DNA of 64,000 nucleotides from Candidatus Eiseniibacteriota bacterium (GTDB taxonomy: Bacteria > Eisenbacteria > RBG-16-71-46 > CAZAMP01), in NCBI GenBank assembly GCA_965224245.1, contig OZ245046.1, forward strand, positions 5,568,001 through 5,632,000, in the 5' to 3' direction. This document shows, piece by piece, positions 45,331-54,078 of this stretch. Within the stretch, counting starts at the first letter, position 1; each line of letters starts with the position of its first letter. Position numbers and translations under genes: made by a program. A model generated the notes under the pieces. It was not told the origin of the DNA. It worked only from the letters and a program-made list of their open reading frames with translations, and ran no database searches.

Positions 45331-48300
45331 TCAGGTGACCGGCGCGTCGGGGGCCGGCGCCACCGCGAACCACCGGTAGAGGGCCGGGATCACCAGCAGC
45401 GTCAGCAGCGTCGACGTCACGAGACCACCCAGCACCACCGTAGCCAGCGGGCGCTGCACCTCGCTGCCGGTCCCCGTCGCGACCAGGAGCGGAATCAATC
45501 CGAGAGACGTCGTCGTCGCCGTCATCAGCACCGGACGCAGCCGCAGGCACGCGCCCCGCACCGACGCCACGGCCACCGGCATCCCCGCGCGCCGGAGCTG
45601 ATTCAGGTAGGTCACGAGCACCATCCCGTTCTCGAGCGCGATCCCCAGAAGCGCGATGAAGCCCACCGACGCCGGGACCGAGAGGTTCTGTCCCGTCAGC
45701 GCGAGCGCGACCACGCCCCCCACGAGCGCCAGCGGAATGTTCAGGAGGATCAGGAACGATCCACGCAGCGACCCGAAGCTCGCGAACAGAAGCAGGAACA
45801 CGCCGAGCAGCGTGATCGGCACCACGAGACGGAGTCTCCGGTTGGCGTCCTCCTGAAGCCGGAACTGGCCGCCCCAGGTGACCCGGTAGCCCGGGGGCAG
45901 CACGACCTCGCGTGTGATCGCCTGGCGGGCCTCGGCCACGAACCCGCCGATGTCACGGTCCACCACGTTGCACTGGACGGTGATGAAGCGCTGATTGTCC
46001 TCGCGGGTGATCTGGCGAGGGCCGACGATCTCCTCGACGTACGCGAGCTCGTGGAGCGGGATCTCGACGCCGTCGGGGCTCGTCACCAGGATGCGCCGGA
46101 TCGCCTCCACGTCCTCCCGCGCGTCGGGCTCGTAACGGACGAGGATGTCGATGCGGCGGGTCCCCTCGAAGATCTCGCCCGCCACCTCGCCGCCGACGGC
46201 GGCCCGCACCACGTGCTGCACGTCGGCCACGTTCATGCCGTAGCGTGCGATGGCCGGCCGATCGATCCGCACCAGGACCTGCGGGATGCCGCTGATCTGA
46301 TCCACCTGCACGTCGGTCGCACCGGGGACACGCTCGACGACCTCGGCGATCGCGGCGGCCTGTTCACCCAGCGCGTCCAGGTCCTCGCCGAAGAGCTTGA
46401 TCGCCAGCTCCGCGCGGACGCCCTCGAGGAGCTCGTCCACGGTCATCTCGATGGGCTGGGTCAGCGTGACCCGCATGCCGGGCACCTCGCCGAGCTCGCT
46501 CCGGATCAGGTGCTCGATGTCCTCCTGGTTGCGTGCCGTGCGCCACTCCGACTCCGGGGTCAGGAGCACGAACATCTCGGCGCTGTTGATCGGGTCCGCG
46601 TGCGCACCCACCTCGCCGCGACCGATGCGGGTGACGACCTCGCGCACCTCGGGGATGCGGAGGAGCCGGCGCTCGACGATCTGCGTCGAGCGAGTGCTCT
46701 CGCGCAGCGAGATCGACGGCGCCATCGTCAGACGCACCACGATCGTGCCCTCGCGGAGCCTCGGCGTGAACTCCGATCCGAGCCTCGGGAACACGAGGGC
46801 GCCGACCGCCAGAAGCCCCAGGGCCAGCCCGACCGCCCCCCATCGCCGGCGGACGAAGAACGACACCAGCGGGCGGTACGGCACGAGCAGCGCGCGCACC
46901 ACGGCGGGCTCGCACGGATCGGATCCCGTCGGCGGCACGTCGCCGGAGTCGACCGGCGGCGATGCCGTGCGTGAGTCCCGGGATCGCGGTCCTCGCATGA
47001 GCGTCTGTCCGAGCATCGGCGCCAGCACGAGCGCGAACGTGAGCGAGCCCAGCATGGCCAGCGCGACCGTGTACGCGAGCGGCCGGAACGTCTTGCCCTC
47101 CACACCCTCCAGCGTGAACAGGGGCAGGAAGACCACGATGATGATCGAGATCGCGAAGGCGATGGGGCGACCGACCTCGCGACACGCGCGGGAGACCGTC
47201 CGGTGCCGCGGTTCGTCCGCCGGCGCCCCACGCTGTACGCGGTCCACGTTCTCGACCATGACGATGGTGCCGTCCACCATCATGCCGATCGCGATGGCCA
47301 GCCCGCCGAGCGACATCAGGTTGGCCGACATGCCGAAACGGCTCATGGCCAGGAACGCGAACAGCACCGAGAACGGGATCGACAGCGCGACCACGAGGCT
47401 CGGCCGGAAGCCGCCCATGAACACCAGCAACACCACGGCGACCAGCACGACGCCCTGCAGGAGCGCGCGGGTGACGGTGGCCACCGCGGCCTCGACGAGG
47501 CTCTTCTGCTCGTAGTACGGGACGATCCGGACGCCGTCGGGCAGGATGTCGTTGATCTCCTCGAGTCGCGCCTCGACGCCGGCGATCACGGTGGACGAGT
47601 TCGTGCCAAAGAGCTTCACGACCATCCCCGAGACCACCTCGGAGACGCCGTCTCGCGTTTGCACGCCGCGCCGCGTCGCGCCGCCGACGACCACGTCCGC
47701 CACGTCGCGCAGGAACACCGAGCGACCGTCCTCGCTCTTCACGACGATCGAGCGAAGGTCCTCCATGCCCGTGGCCAGGCCAACCGAGCGCACGACGAAC
47801 TCCTCACCGTTCTTCTCGATGAACTGTGCTCCGACGTTCAGGTTGTTGGCCCGGATGCGATCGATCACGGCCCCCAGCGTCAGGTCGAAGCGCTGGAGCT
47901 CCTCGGGGTGCACGACCACGTGGAACTGCTTCTCGTACCCGCCGATGCCGAGCACCTCGGTGACACCGGGCACGGTCTGGAGCTGGAACTTGACCAGCCA
48001 GTCCTGGATCGTGCGGAGCTCCTCGAGCGAGTACTGCCCGGTCGTGTCGTCGAGGTAGTAGAAGAGGACGAGACCCATCCCGGTGGCGATGGGGCCCATC
48101 TCCGGCGATCCGAACCCGTCGGGGATCTCCTCGCGCGCTTCCTGAAGGCGCTCACCCACGAGCTGACGGGCGAAGTACACGTCCACGTCGTCCTCGAACG
48201 TGACGTTCACCACCGAGAGCCCGAAGTTCGAGACCGACCGCACCTTCGTGACCCCGGGGAGGCCCGTCATGGCCGCCTCGACGGGCACCGTGACGAACTT

Positions 48301-48486
48301 CTCGATCTCCTCGGGGGCCAGTCCGTCGGTCACCGTGAACACCTGGACGAGATGCGGCGACACGTCGGGAAACGCGTCCACCGGGAGGCCCGTGTACGCC
48401 CGATACCCGGCTGCCATGACGACGAGGGCGAGCACCGTGGTGAGGAGACGGTTCCGCAGGCCGAACTCGATGACGCGGTCGAACAT
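45331..48486 (-). CDS. czcA: CzcA/CusA heavy-metal RND efflux permease
   Basis: LPVDAFPDVS, SANLMSLGGLAIAIGMMVDG.IVMVEN, RLRPVLMT, GSEVQRPLA. Confidence 0.92.
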   Translation of the reverse strand: MFDRVIEFGLRNRLLTTVLALVVMAAGYRAYTGLPVDAFPDVSPHLVQVFTVTDGLAPEEIEKFVTVPVEAAMTGLPGVTKVRSVSNFGLSVVNVTFEDDVDVYFARQLVGERLQEAREEIPDGFGSPEMGPIATGMGLVLFYYLDDTTGQYSLEELRTIQDWLVKFQLQTVPGVTEVLGIGGYEKQFHVVVHPEELQRFDLTLGAVIDRIRANNLNVGAQFIEKNGEEFVVRSVGLATGMEDLRSIVVKSEDGRSVFLRDVADVVVGGATRRGVQTRDGVSEVVSGMVVKLFGTNSSTVIAGVEARLEEINDILPDGVRIVPYYEQKSLVEAAVATVTRALLQGVVLVAVVLLVFMGGFRPSLVVALSIPFSVLFAFLAMSRFGMSANLMSLGGLAIAIGMMVDGTIVMVENVDRVQRGAPADEPRHRTVSRACREVGRPIAFAISIIIVVFLPLFTLEGVEGKTFRPLAYTVALAMLGSLTFALVLAPMLGQTLMRGPRSRDSRTASPPVDSGDVPPTGSDPCEPAVVRALLVPYRPLVSFFVRRRWGAVGLALGLLAVGALVFPRLGSEFTPRLREGTIVVRLTMAPSISLRESTRSTQIVERRLLRIPEVREVVTRIGRGEVGAHADPINSAEMFVLLTPESEWRTARNQEDIEHLIRSELGEVPGMRVTLTQPIEMTVDELLEGVRAELAIKLFGEDLDALGEQAAAIAEVVERVPGATDVQVDQISGIPQVLVRIDRPAIARYGMNVADVQHVVRAAVGGEVAGEIFEGTRRIDILVRYEPDAREDVEAIRRILVTSPDGVEIPLHELAYVEEIVGPRQITREDNQRFITVQCNVVDRDIGGFVAEARQAITREVVLPPGYRVTWGGQFRLQEDANRRLRLVVPITLLGVFLLLFASFGSLRGSFLILLNIPLALVGGVVALALTGQNLSVPASVGFIALLGIALENGMVLVTYLNQLRRAGMPVAVASVRGACLRLRPVLMTATTTSLGLIPLLVATGTGSEVQRPLATVVLGGLVTSTLLTLLVIPALYRWFAVAPAPDAPVT

Positions 48487-48497
48487 CGCGGCGCTCC

Positions 48498-49535
48498 TCA
48501 GTGTGCGTGACCGTCGCCGAACGACGCCTTGCCCAGCTCGGCCTTCAAGGTGAACGATCCATCGGCGACGTAGTGATCGCCGGCGCTCAGTCCACTCAGC
48601 ACCTCGATCCGATCGTGGCCGCGGCGGCCGAGATCGAGTGGGCGGGCCTCGAACCCCTCCGGGGTCTCCACGAACGCCACCGTCACGCCGTCGATCGTCT
48701 GAAGCGCCGTCCGGGGCACGGCCACCGGAACGTCCACCGCCTCCACGAGCACCTGCGCGGTCACGAACATACCCGGTCGCCATACCCCGTCGAGGTTGGG
48801 CAGGACGATCCGCGCGGTGGCCGTTCGCGTGTGCTCGTCGACGGTCGGGGTCACGTAGGCGAGGGTCGCGTGATCGTCCATGGGATCGTGCCCCACGTAC
48901 AGCCTCGCGCTCTGGCCGACGCGCACGCGATCGAGGTCCTGCTGGTACACGGCGAGATCGATCCACACCGACGAGAGGTCGGCGATCACGAAGGCGTCTC
49001 GGTCACGAGAGACGGCCTCTCCGAGCGTGATGTGCTTGGCGATGACGGTGCCGGCGATCAGCGTCTTCACCTCGAACGGGGCCAGGCTCTCGTCGCTCTC
49101 GACGACGGCCAGCACCCGGCCCTTCTCGACGCGATCGCCGATGTTCGTGCGGACGTCGGTCACGATGCCCGAGTACCGGGGCACGATGTGGGCGAGCCGA
49201 TCCCCGTTGGCGCGAACCTCTCCGGGGAGCTGGACGCGGCTCTCGAGACGACCGGCGCCGGCGACCGCGATCTGGACTCCGAACTCCTCCAGCTCGCGGG
49301 CGCTCAGGCGTACGAGATCGCGGTGGGCTTCGTCGTGGTCGTCGTGGTCGTCATGGTCGTCATGGTCGTCGTGTGCGTCGCCGTCGGCTCCGGCGTGCGC
49401 ATGCGCGTGACCGCCGGCATCGGGATCGGGATCGCTCGAGACGGCCTCGGACGACACGCTCGTCGCGAGGCCGACGGCGAGGAGCACGGCACCGAGCAGG
49501 GTCGGGCGCCACGCGAACGACGGGTGTCGCATCAT
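48498..49535 (-). CDS. czcB: RND periplasmic adaptor with His/Asp-rich N-terminus
   Basis: (HDD)4 tract, IADLSSVW, TRTATAR, WRPGMFV, LKAELGK. Confidence 0.88.
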   Translation of the reverse strand: MMRHPSFAWRPTLLGAVLLAVGLATSVSSEAVSSDPDPDAGGHAHAHAGADGDAHDDHDDHDDHDDHDEAHRDLVRLSARELEEFGVQIAVAGAGRLESRVQLPGEVRANGDRLAHIVPRYSGIVTDVRTNIGDRVEKGRVLAVVESDESLAPFEVKTLIAGTVIAKHITLGEAVSRDRDAFVIADLSSVWIDLAVYQQDLDRVRVGQSARLYVGHDPMDDHATLAYVTPTVDEHTRTATARIVLPNLDGVWRPGMFVTAQVLVEAVDVPVAVPRTALQTIDGVTVAFVETPEGFEARPLDLGRRGHDRIEVLSGLSAGDHYVADGSFTLKAELGKASFGDGHAH

Positions 49536-50833
49536 CGGGAGACCTCCGTATCGGCGTCGCCCGGCATGGCCGGTCCGACCAGTCGGTGAATGTCGGCGAT
49601 CGCGTCGTGGTGTCGAACGAGGGCGGTCACGTACCGGCGGCGGAGCTCGTACAGCGTGCGTTCGGCGTCGAGCACGTCGGTCAATCGCATCGGACCGCGG
49701 AGGTAAGCCTCGCGTGCGGCGGCAAAGGCCGCACGAGCGCTCGGGATCACCTCGTCGCGTAGCGTGATCACCTCCAGCTCGGCCGCGCGAAGGTGCGCGT
49801 AAGACACGGCCAGCTCGGTGGTCACGCTCACGGTCGCGGCACGTCGTCGCTCCTCCGCGGCCTGGAGCTCGAACGCGGCGGCACGGGACCGGTCGGTGTT
49901 CCGGTCGAAGAGGGGTAGTGGGATTCCCAGCTGGACGATCAGCGAGGCATCGCCCGGGTCCTCGGCGTAGCGAATGCCGGCGCCCAGCGTGAGATCGGGC
50001 ACCCCCTCGGCCCGGGCGAGCGCGAGCGCGGCACGCCGGTGCGCGAGCTCGGCCGACCACGTGCGAACCGCCGGCGCATCGCCCACTCGCGCTCTCAGGA
50101 CGTCGAGCGGCTCCACGGACGAGAGGGCCTCGAGATCGCCGGTCAGGTCCATCGTGATCGCCGTGGTGTCACCCCAGGTTGCGGCGAGACGATGTCGCGC
50201 CGCGGTCAGCGCCCGGCGCGCCTGCTCGTGGTCGATGCGACTGGTCTCGAGCGCCACGCGGGCTCGGGAGGCCTCGATGGTCGACACCGATCCCGCCTCG
50301 ACCCGCCGAGCGACCGCGGTCAGAACCTCCTCCGCCACGCCCACCAGATCCCCGGCGACCGCGACGTTCTCCTCGGCGGCCAGGACGGCGGTGAACGCCC
50401 TGGTGACCTCGGCGATGGTCTCGCGCCGGGCCGCCTCGATCGCCACGTCGGACAGGTGGCGATCGCGGGATGCGACGTGCCGCCGCCGGTCGCGCTTCCC
50501 GCCGAGCTCGATCCGCTGCGACAGCCCGACCGTCGTCTCCGCACCGTTTCTCCGGGTGGCCAGATTCTCGACCTCCACGCCGAGCTCGGGGTTGGGACGG
50601 CGCCCTGCCTGCTCGACGTCGGCGATGCGGGCCAGGCGCTCGGTGCTCAGGGCGACCAGCCTCGGATTGGCGGCCAGGGCCAGCTCGCGCGCCGCGTCGA
50701 GGGTCAGGGGTTCTTTCGGGCCGGGAGTCGGTCGGTCGGACGCGGGCGCCGACGCGGCCACGAGTACCGTGATCGCCACGAGCACGATCGCCTCGCCGGC
50801 GGCGCGCACGTGTCGTCGTGAATGTCGAGACAT
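49532..50833 (-). CDS. czcC: TolC-family outer membrane efflux protein
   Basis: PNPEL, SQRIELGGKR..R, IPLPLFDRN, VLDAERTL. Confidence 0.88.
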   Translation of the reverse strand: MSRHSRRHVRAAGEAIVLVAITVLVAASAPASDRPTPGPKEPLTLDAARELALAANPRLVALSTERLARIADVEQAGRRPNPELGVEVENLATRRNGAETTVGLSQRIELGGKRDRRRHVASRDRHLSDVAIEAARRETIAEVTRAFTAVLAAEENVAVAGDLVGVAEEVLTAVARRVEAGSVSTIEASRARVALETSRIDHEQARRALTAARHRLAATWGDTTAITMDLTGDLEALSSVEPLDVLRARVGDAPAVRTWSAELAHRRAALALARAEGVPDLTLGAGIRYAEDPGDASLIVQLGIPLPLFDRNTDRSRAAAFELQAAEERRRAATVSVTTELAVSYAHLRAAELEVITLRDEVIPSARAAFAAAREAYLRGPMRLTDVLDAERTLYELRRRYVTALVRHHDAIADIHRLVGPAMPGDADTEVSR

Positions 50834-50911
50834 GACGAGACGATCCCGTTTGGGTTGAGGTCGACGATGAACGAGGGCGGGGTCCGCGCGTGAGCCGCGG
50901 GCGGGAGGCGA

Positions 50912-51232
50912 TCAGGATCGGAGCGGGAGGTCGCTCTTCGGGCGCGGCAGGTTGATCCGGGGCTCGACCTGGCGGCAGGACGATGGGCCGGAGTCCGGGC
51001 GATCCGGGACGACGCGAGCCGGTGCCGCGATCGCGGGAGACCCCACACTGGACGGCGCACTCGTGACGGTCACGAACACGTCCACGCATCGATCGTCGGG
51101 GCAGGACGCTTCGTGCGAGCACGACACGACCTCGCACCCACCACAGCCGTGGTGCGACGCGTCGACCGAGCAGAACACCGGGATTCCCAGGGTCGCCCAG
51201 AGCAAGAGAGCGACGAGTGCATGACGCAGCAT
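50912..51232 (-). CDS. Small exported Cys/His-rich protein at the head of the czc operon (CzcI-like position)
   Basis: Hydrophobic N-terminus, then CSVDASHHGCGGCEVVSCSHEASCPDDRC. Confidence 0.6.
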   Translation of the reverse strand: MLRHALVALLLWATLGIPVFCSVDASHHGCGGCEVVSCSHEASCPDDRCVDVFVTVTSAPSSVGSPAIAAPARVVPDRPDSGPSSCRQVEPRINLPRPKSDLPLRS

Positions 51233-51473
51233 GCCCGATACGCTAGCCGATGGACCGCGGCGACGGCAACCCCCGAGACCGACCCACGGGCCGGCCGCCC
51301 CGCCCCGGAGACCGTGTCGGAACTCCGCCCTCGCATCGCACGGTCTCGCACCGCATACTCTGCGGGTACCGTTCGGTCCGGCGGAGCCCGAGGCCGGGCG
51401 TGTCACGCATCTCGCAATCGCAGCGCCGCCGCACATGGCGCGGCGAGCGTCACCCATCACCTGCAACGTCGGG

Positions 51474-51956
51474 ATGTCGCCGAGCGTGCAGAGAGTCATC
51501 GGCTGGCGCGAGTGGGTCGCCTTGCCGAGGTTCGGCATCGAGTCGATCAAGGCCAAGGTCGACAGCGGCGCGCGGACCTCGTCACTACACGCGTTCGACA
51601 TCGAGGAGTTCCGTCGCGGTGGCCGCGACATGGTCCGGTTCAACCTGCACCCCGAGCAGCGCCGCTCACATCCGGTGATCGCGGTCGAGACGCCGCTCGC
51701 CGATCGCCGCCGGGTGACGCCGTCCAGCGGTCACTCCGAGATGCGTCCGGTCGTTCGCACCGAGATCGCGCTGCTCGGCGAGCGGTGGGAGGTCGAGTTC
51801 ACGCTGACGTCCCGCGACGCGATGGGGTTCCGCATGCTTCTCGGCCGCCAGGCGATTCGTCGGCGCTTCTTGATCGACACGGGACGCTCGTTCGTGAACG
51901 GACGGCGCGTCAAGGGCACGCGACGTCTCGCGACGAGAGGAGTCCGTAAACGATGA
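51474..51956 (+). CDS. RimK-associated retropepsin-like protease (RimB-like)
   Basis: [37 protein letters not shown] overlap with rimK. Confidence 0.85.
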   Translation: MSPSVQRVIGWREWVALPRFGIESIKAKVDSGARTSSLHAFDIEEFRRGGRDMVRFNLHPEQRRSHPVIAVETPLADRRRVTPSSGHSEMRPVVRTEIALLGERWEVEFTLTSRDAMGFRMLLGRQAIRRRFLIDTGRSFVNGRRVKGTRRLATRGVRKR

Positions 51957-52855
51957 GGATCGCGATCCTGTCCAGACGTTCCAGTCTCTACTCGACCGCA
52001 CGCCTGAAGAAAGCGGCGGAGGCCGCGGGACACGAGGCGCTGGTCGTCGACTACCTGCGCTGCTACATGAACATCGCCTCGCATCGACCGCAGGTGATCT
52101 ACCAGGGCCGGCCGCTCGAGGTGGATGCGGTGATACCGCGCATCGGAGCCTCGCAGACGTTCTACGGCACGGCCGTGGTTCGCCAGTTCGAGATGATGGG
52201 CGTGTTTCCGCTGAACGAGTCCCAGGCCATCTCGCGCTCACGCGACAAGCTCCGGTGCATGCAGCTCCTGTCGCGGCGGGGGATCGGCCTGCCGGTCACC
52301 GGGTTCGCGCACTCCACGAAGGACGTCCAGGGGGTCATCGAGCTGGTCGGCGGCGCACCGCTGGTGGTGAAGCTGCTCGAGGGCACGCAGGGCATCGGCG
52401 TCGTCCTGTGCGAGACGAAGAAGGCGGCGGAGTCGGTGATCGAGGCGTTTCGCGGGCTCAACGCCAACATCCTCGTCCAGGAGTTCATCAAGGAGGCGGG
52501 CGGCGCCGACATTCGCGCGCTCGTGGTCGGCGACAAGGTCGTCGCGGCGATGCGCCGGCAGGGTGCCCCCGGCGAGTTCCGATCGAACCTGCATCGCGGC
52601 GGCACGGCCGACGTGATCAAGATCACGCCCGAGGAGCGTAGCACCGCCGTCCGCTCGGCGAAGGCGATGGGCCTCAGGGTCTGCGGCGTGGATCTCCTCC
52701 GGTCCAACCACGGTGCGGTGGTGATGGAGGTGAACTCCTCACCGGGTCTCGAGGGAATCGAGACCGCCACCGGCATCGATGTGGCCGGCGCCATCATCAA
52801 GTACATCGAGGACAACGCGTCGCGCGACAAGGTCCGCGATCGCGTGAAGGGCTGA
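51953..52855 (+). CDS. rimK: ATP-grasp glutamate ligase RimK
   Basis: [53 protein letters not shown]. Confidence 0.95.
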   Translation: MRIAILSRRSSLYSTARLKKAAEAAGHEALVVDYLRCYMNIASHRPQVIYQGRPLEVDAVIPRIGASQTFYGTAVVRQFEMMGVFPLNESQAISRSRDKLRCMQLLSRRGIGLPVTGFAHSTKDVQGVIELVGGAPLVVKLLEGTQGIGVVLCETKKAAESVIEAFRGLNANILVQEFIKEAGGADIRALVVGDKVVAAMRRQGAPGEFRSNLHRGGTADVIKITPEERSTAVRSAKAMGLRVCGVDLLRSNHGAVVMEVNSSPGLEGIETATGIDVAGAIIKYIEDNASRDKVRDRVKG

Positions 52856-52856
52856 C

Positions 52857-53897
52857 GTGGACGCGATCCTCGAGGTGGGGGGACGCCGCTTCGCCCCCGG
52901 GGATTGCGAGCGGTTCAGCCTTCCGGCCGCGCTCCTGCCCACCCACACGCAGCTCAACATCCCGCTCTTCGTGGCCAACGGCATGCGCCCCGGTCCGAGG
53001 CTCTTCCTGTCCGCCGCGGTCCACGGCGACGAGATCAACGGCGTGGAGATCATCCGGCAGGTGCTCGAGCGCATGTCCTACCCGCTCCGGCGCGGCAGCC
53101 TGATCGCGGTCCCGATCGTGAACGTGTTCGGCTTCGTCGGGCAGTCGCGGTACCTGCCGGATCGGCGCGACCTGAACCGCTCGTTTCCCGGATCGGCGCG
53201 GGGATCCCTCGCGGCCCGGATCGCCAACATCTTCATGACCGAGATCGTGTCCCGCTGCACGCACGGGATCGATCTCCACACCGCATCCTCGGACAAGACG
53301 AACTACCCCCAGGTGCGGGGCGACATGCTGGATGCCGAGACCCGTCGCTGTGCCGAGGGCTTCGCGGCGCCCGTCACCGTGCACGCGTCGGTCCGGACGG
53401 GGTCGCTACGGGCGGCGGCGGTCAAGCAGGGCCTGACGATTCTCGTGTACGAGGGGGGTGAGCCCCTCCGCTTCAACCCGCAGGTGATCGAGCGGGGCGT
53501 GGAGGGTGTTCTCGGGGTCATGAACGCGCTGGATCTGATCCGCTACCGGCGCCGGCGCTCGCGCCAGCGCACGATCTTCGTCGAGGACAGCTCGTGGATC
53601 CGTGCGCGGCGGGGGGGGCTCGTACGGCTGCAAGTGGCCGAGGGCGAGCGTGTCGCGGGACGCCAGCTCCTGGGCACCATCACCGATCCGTTCGGGGAAG
53701 ACGGGTGCGACGTCCGCGCGCCGTACCCGGGGCTCGTCATCGGACGCACCACGAACCCCGTCATGCACGGAGGCGACGCGGTTCTCCACCTGGCGCGCCT
53801 TCCCGCCGATGCGCCCGACCCGCCCGCGGTCGATTCCACCGAGACGACCGGCGATCCTCACGAAACCGACGTACCCCCGGTGGCCCCGAGCGGCTAG
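52857..53897 (+). CDS. Succinylglutamate desuccinylase/aspartoacylase (M14-like) family protein
   Basis: HGDEING, RDLNRSFPG, IDLHT, YEGGE. Confidence 0.9.
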   Translation: MDAILEVGGRRFAPGDCERFSLPAALLPTHTQLNIPLFVANGMRPGPRLFLSAAVHGDEINGVEIIRQVLERMSYPLRRGSLIAVPIVNVFGFVGQSRYLPDRRDLNRSFPGSARGSLAARIANIFMTEIVSRCTHGIDLHTASSDKTNYPQVRGDMLDAETRRCAEGFAAPVTVHASVRTGSLRAAAVKQGLTILVYEGGEPLRFNPQVIERGVEGVLGVMNALDLIRYRRRRSRQRTIFVEDSSWIRARRGGLVRLQVAEGERVAGRQLLGTITDPFGEDGCDVRAPYPGLVIGRTTNPVMHGGDAVLHLARLPADAPDPPAVDSTETTGDPHETDVPPVAPSG

Positions 53898-54078
53898 TCT
53901 CGATGCGGCCGGACACGGAGCGACAGGCCCCCGATTGCACGTTCGGCTTCGCGCCGGGCCTGCCGACGGAGGTATCCTCTCAGGTACAGATCCGCCCGCG
54001 ATCGGTCGATCGGTTCGGGTGTAATCCCGCGCCATCCCGAGACTTCGAGCAGGCGCGCCCGGCCCTCCTCGATCCAAG

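Noticed and set aside
53898..54078. FadR box upstream of fadE
   Set aside because: No TGAATGA/TCATTCA-like sequence seen.
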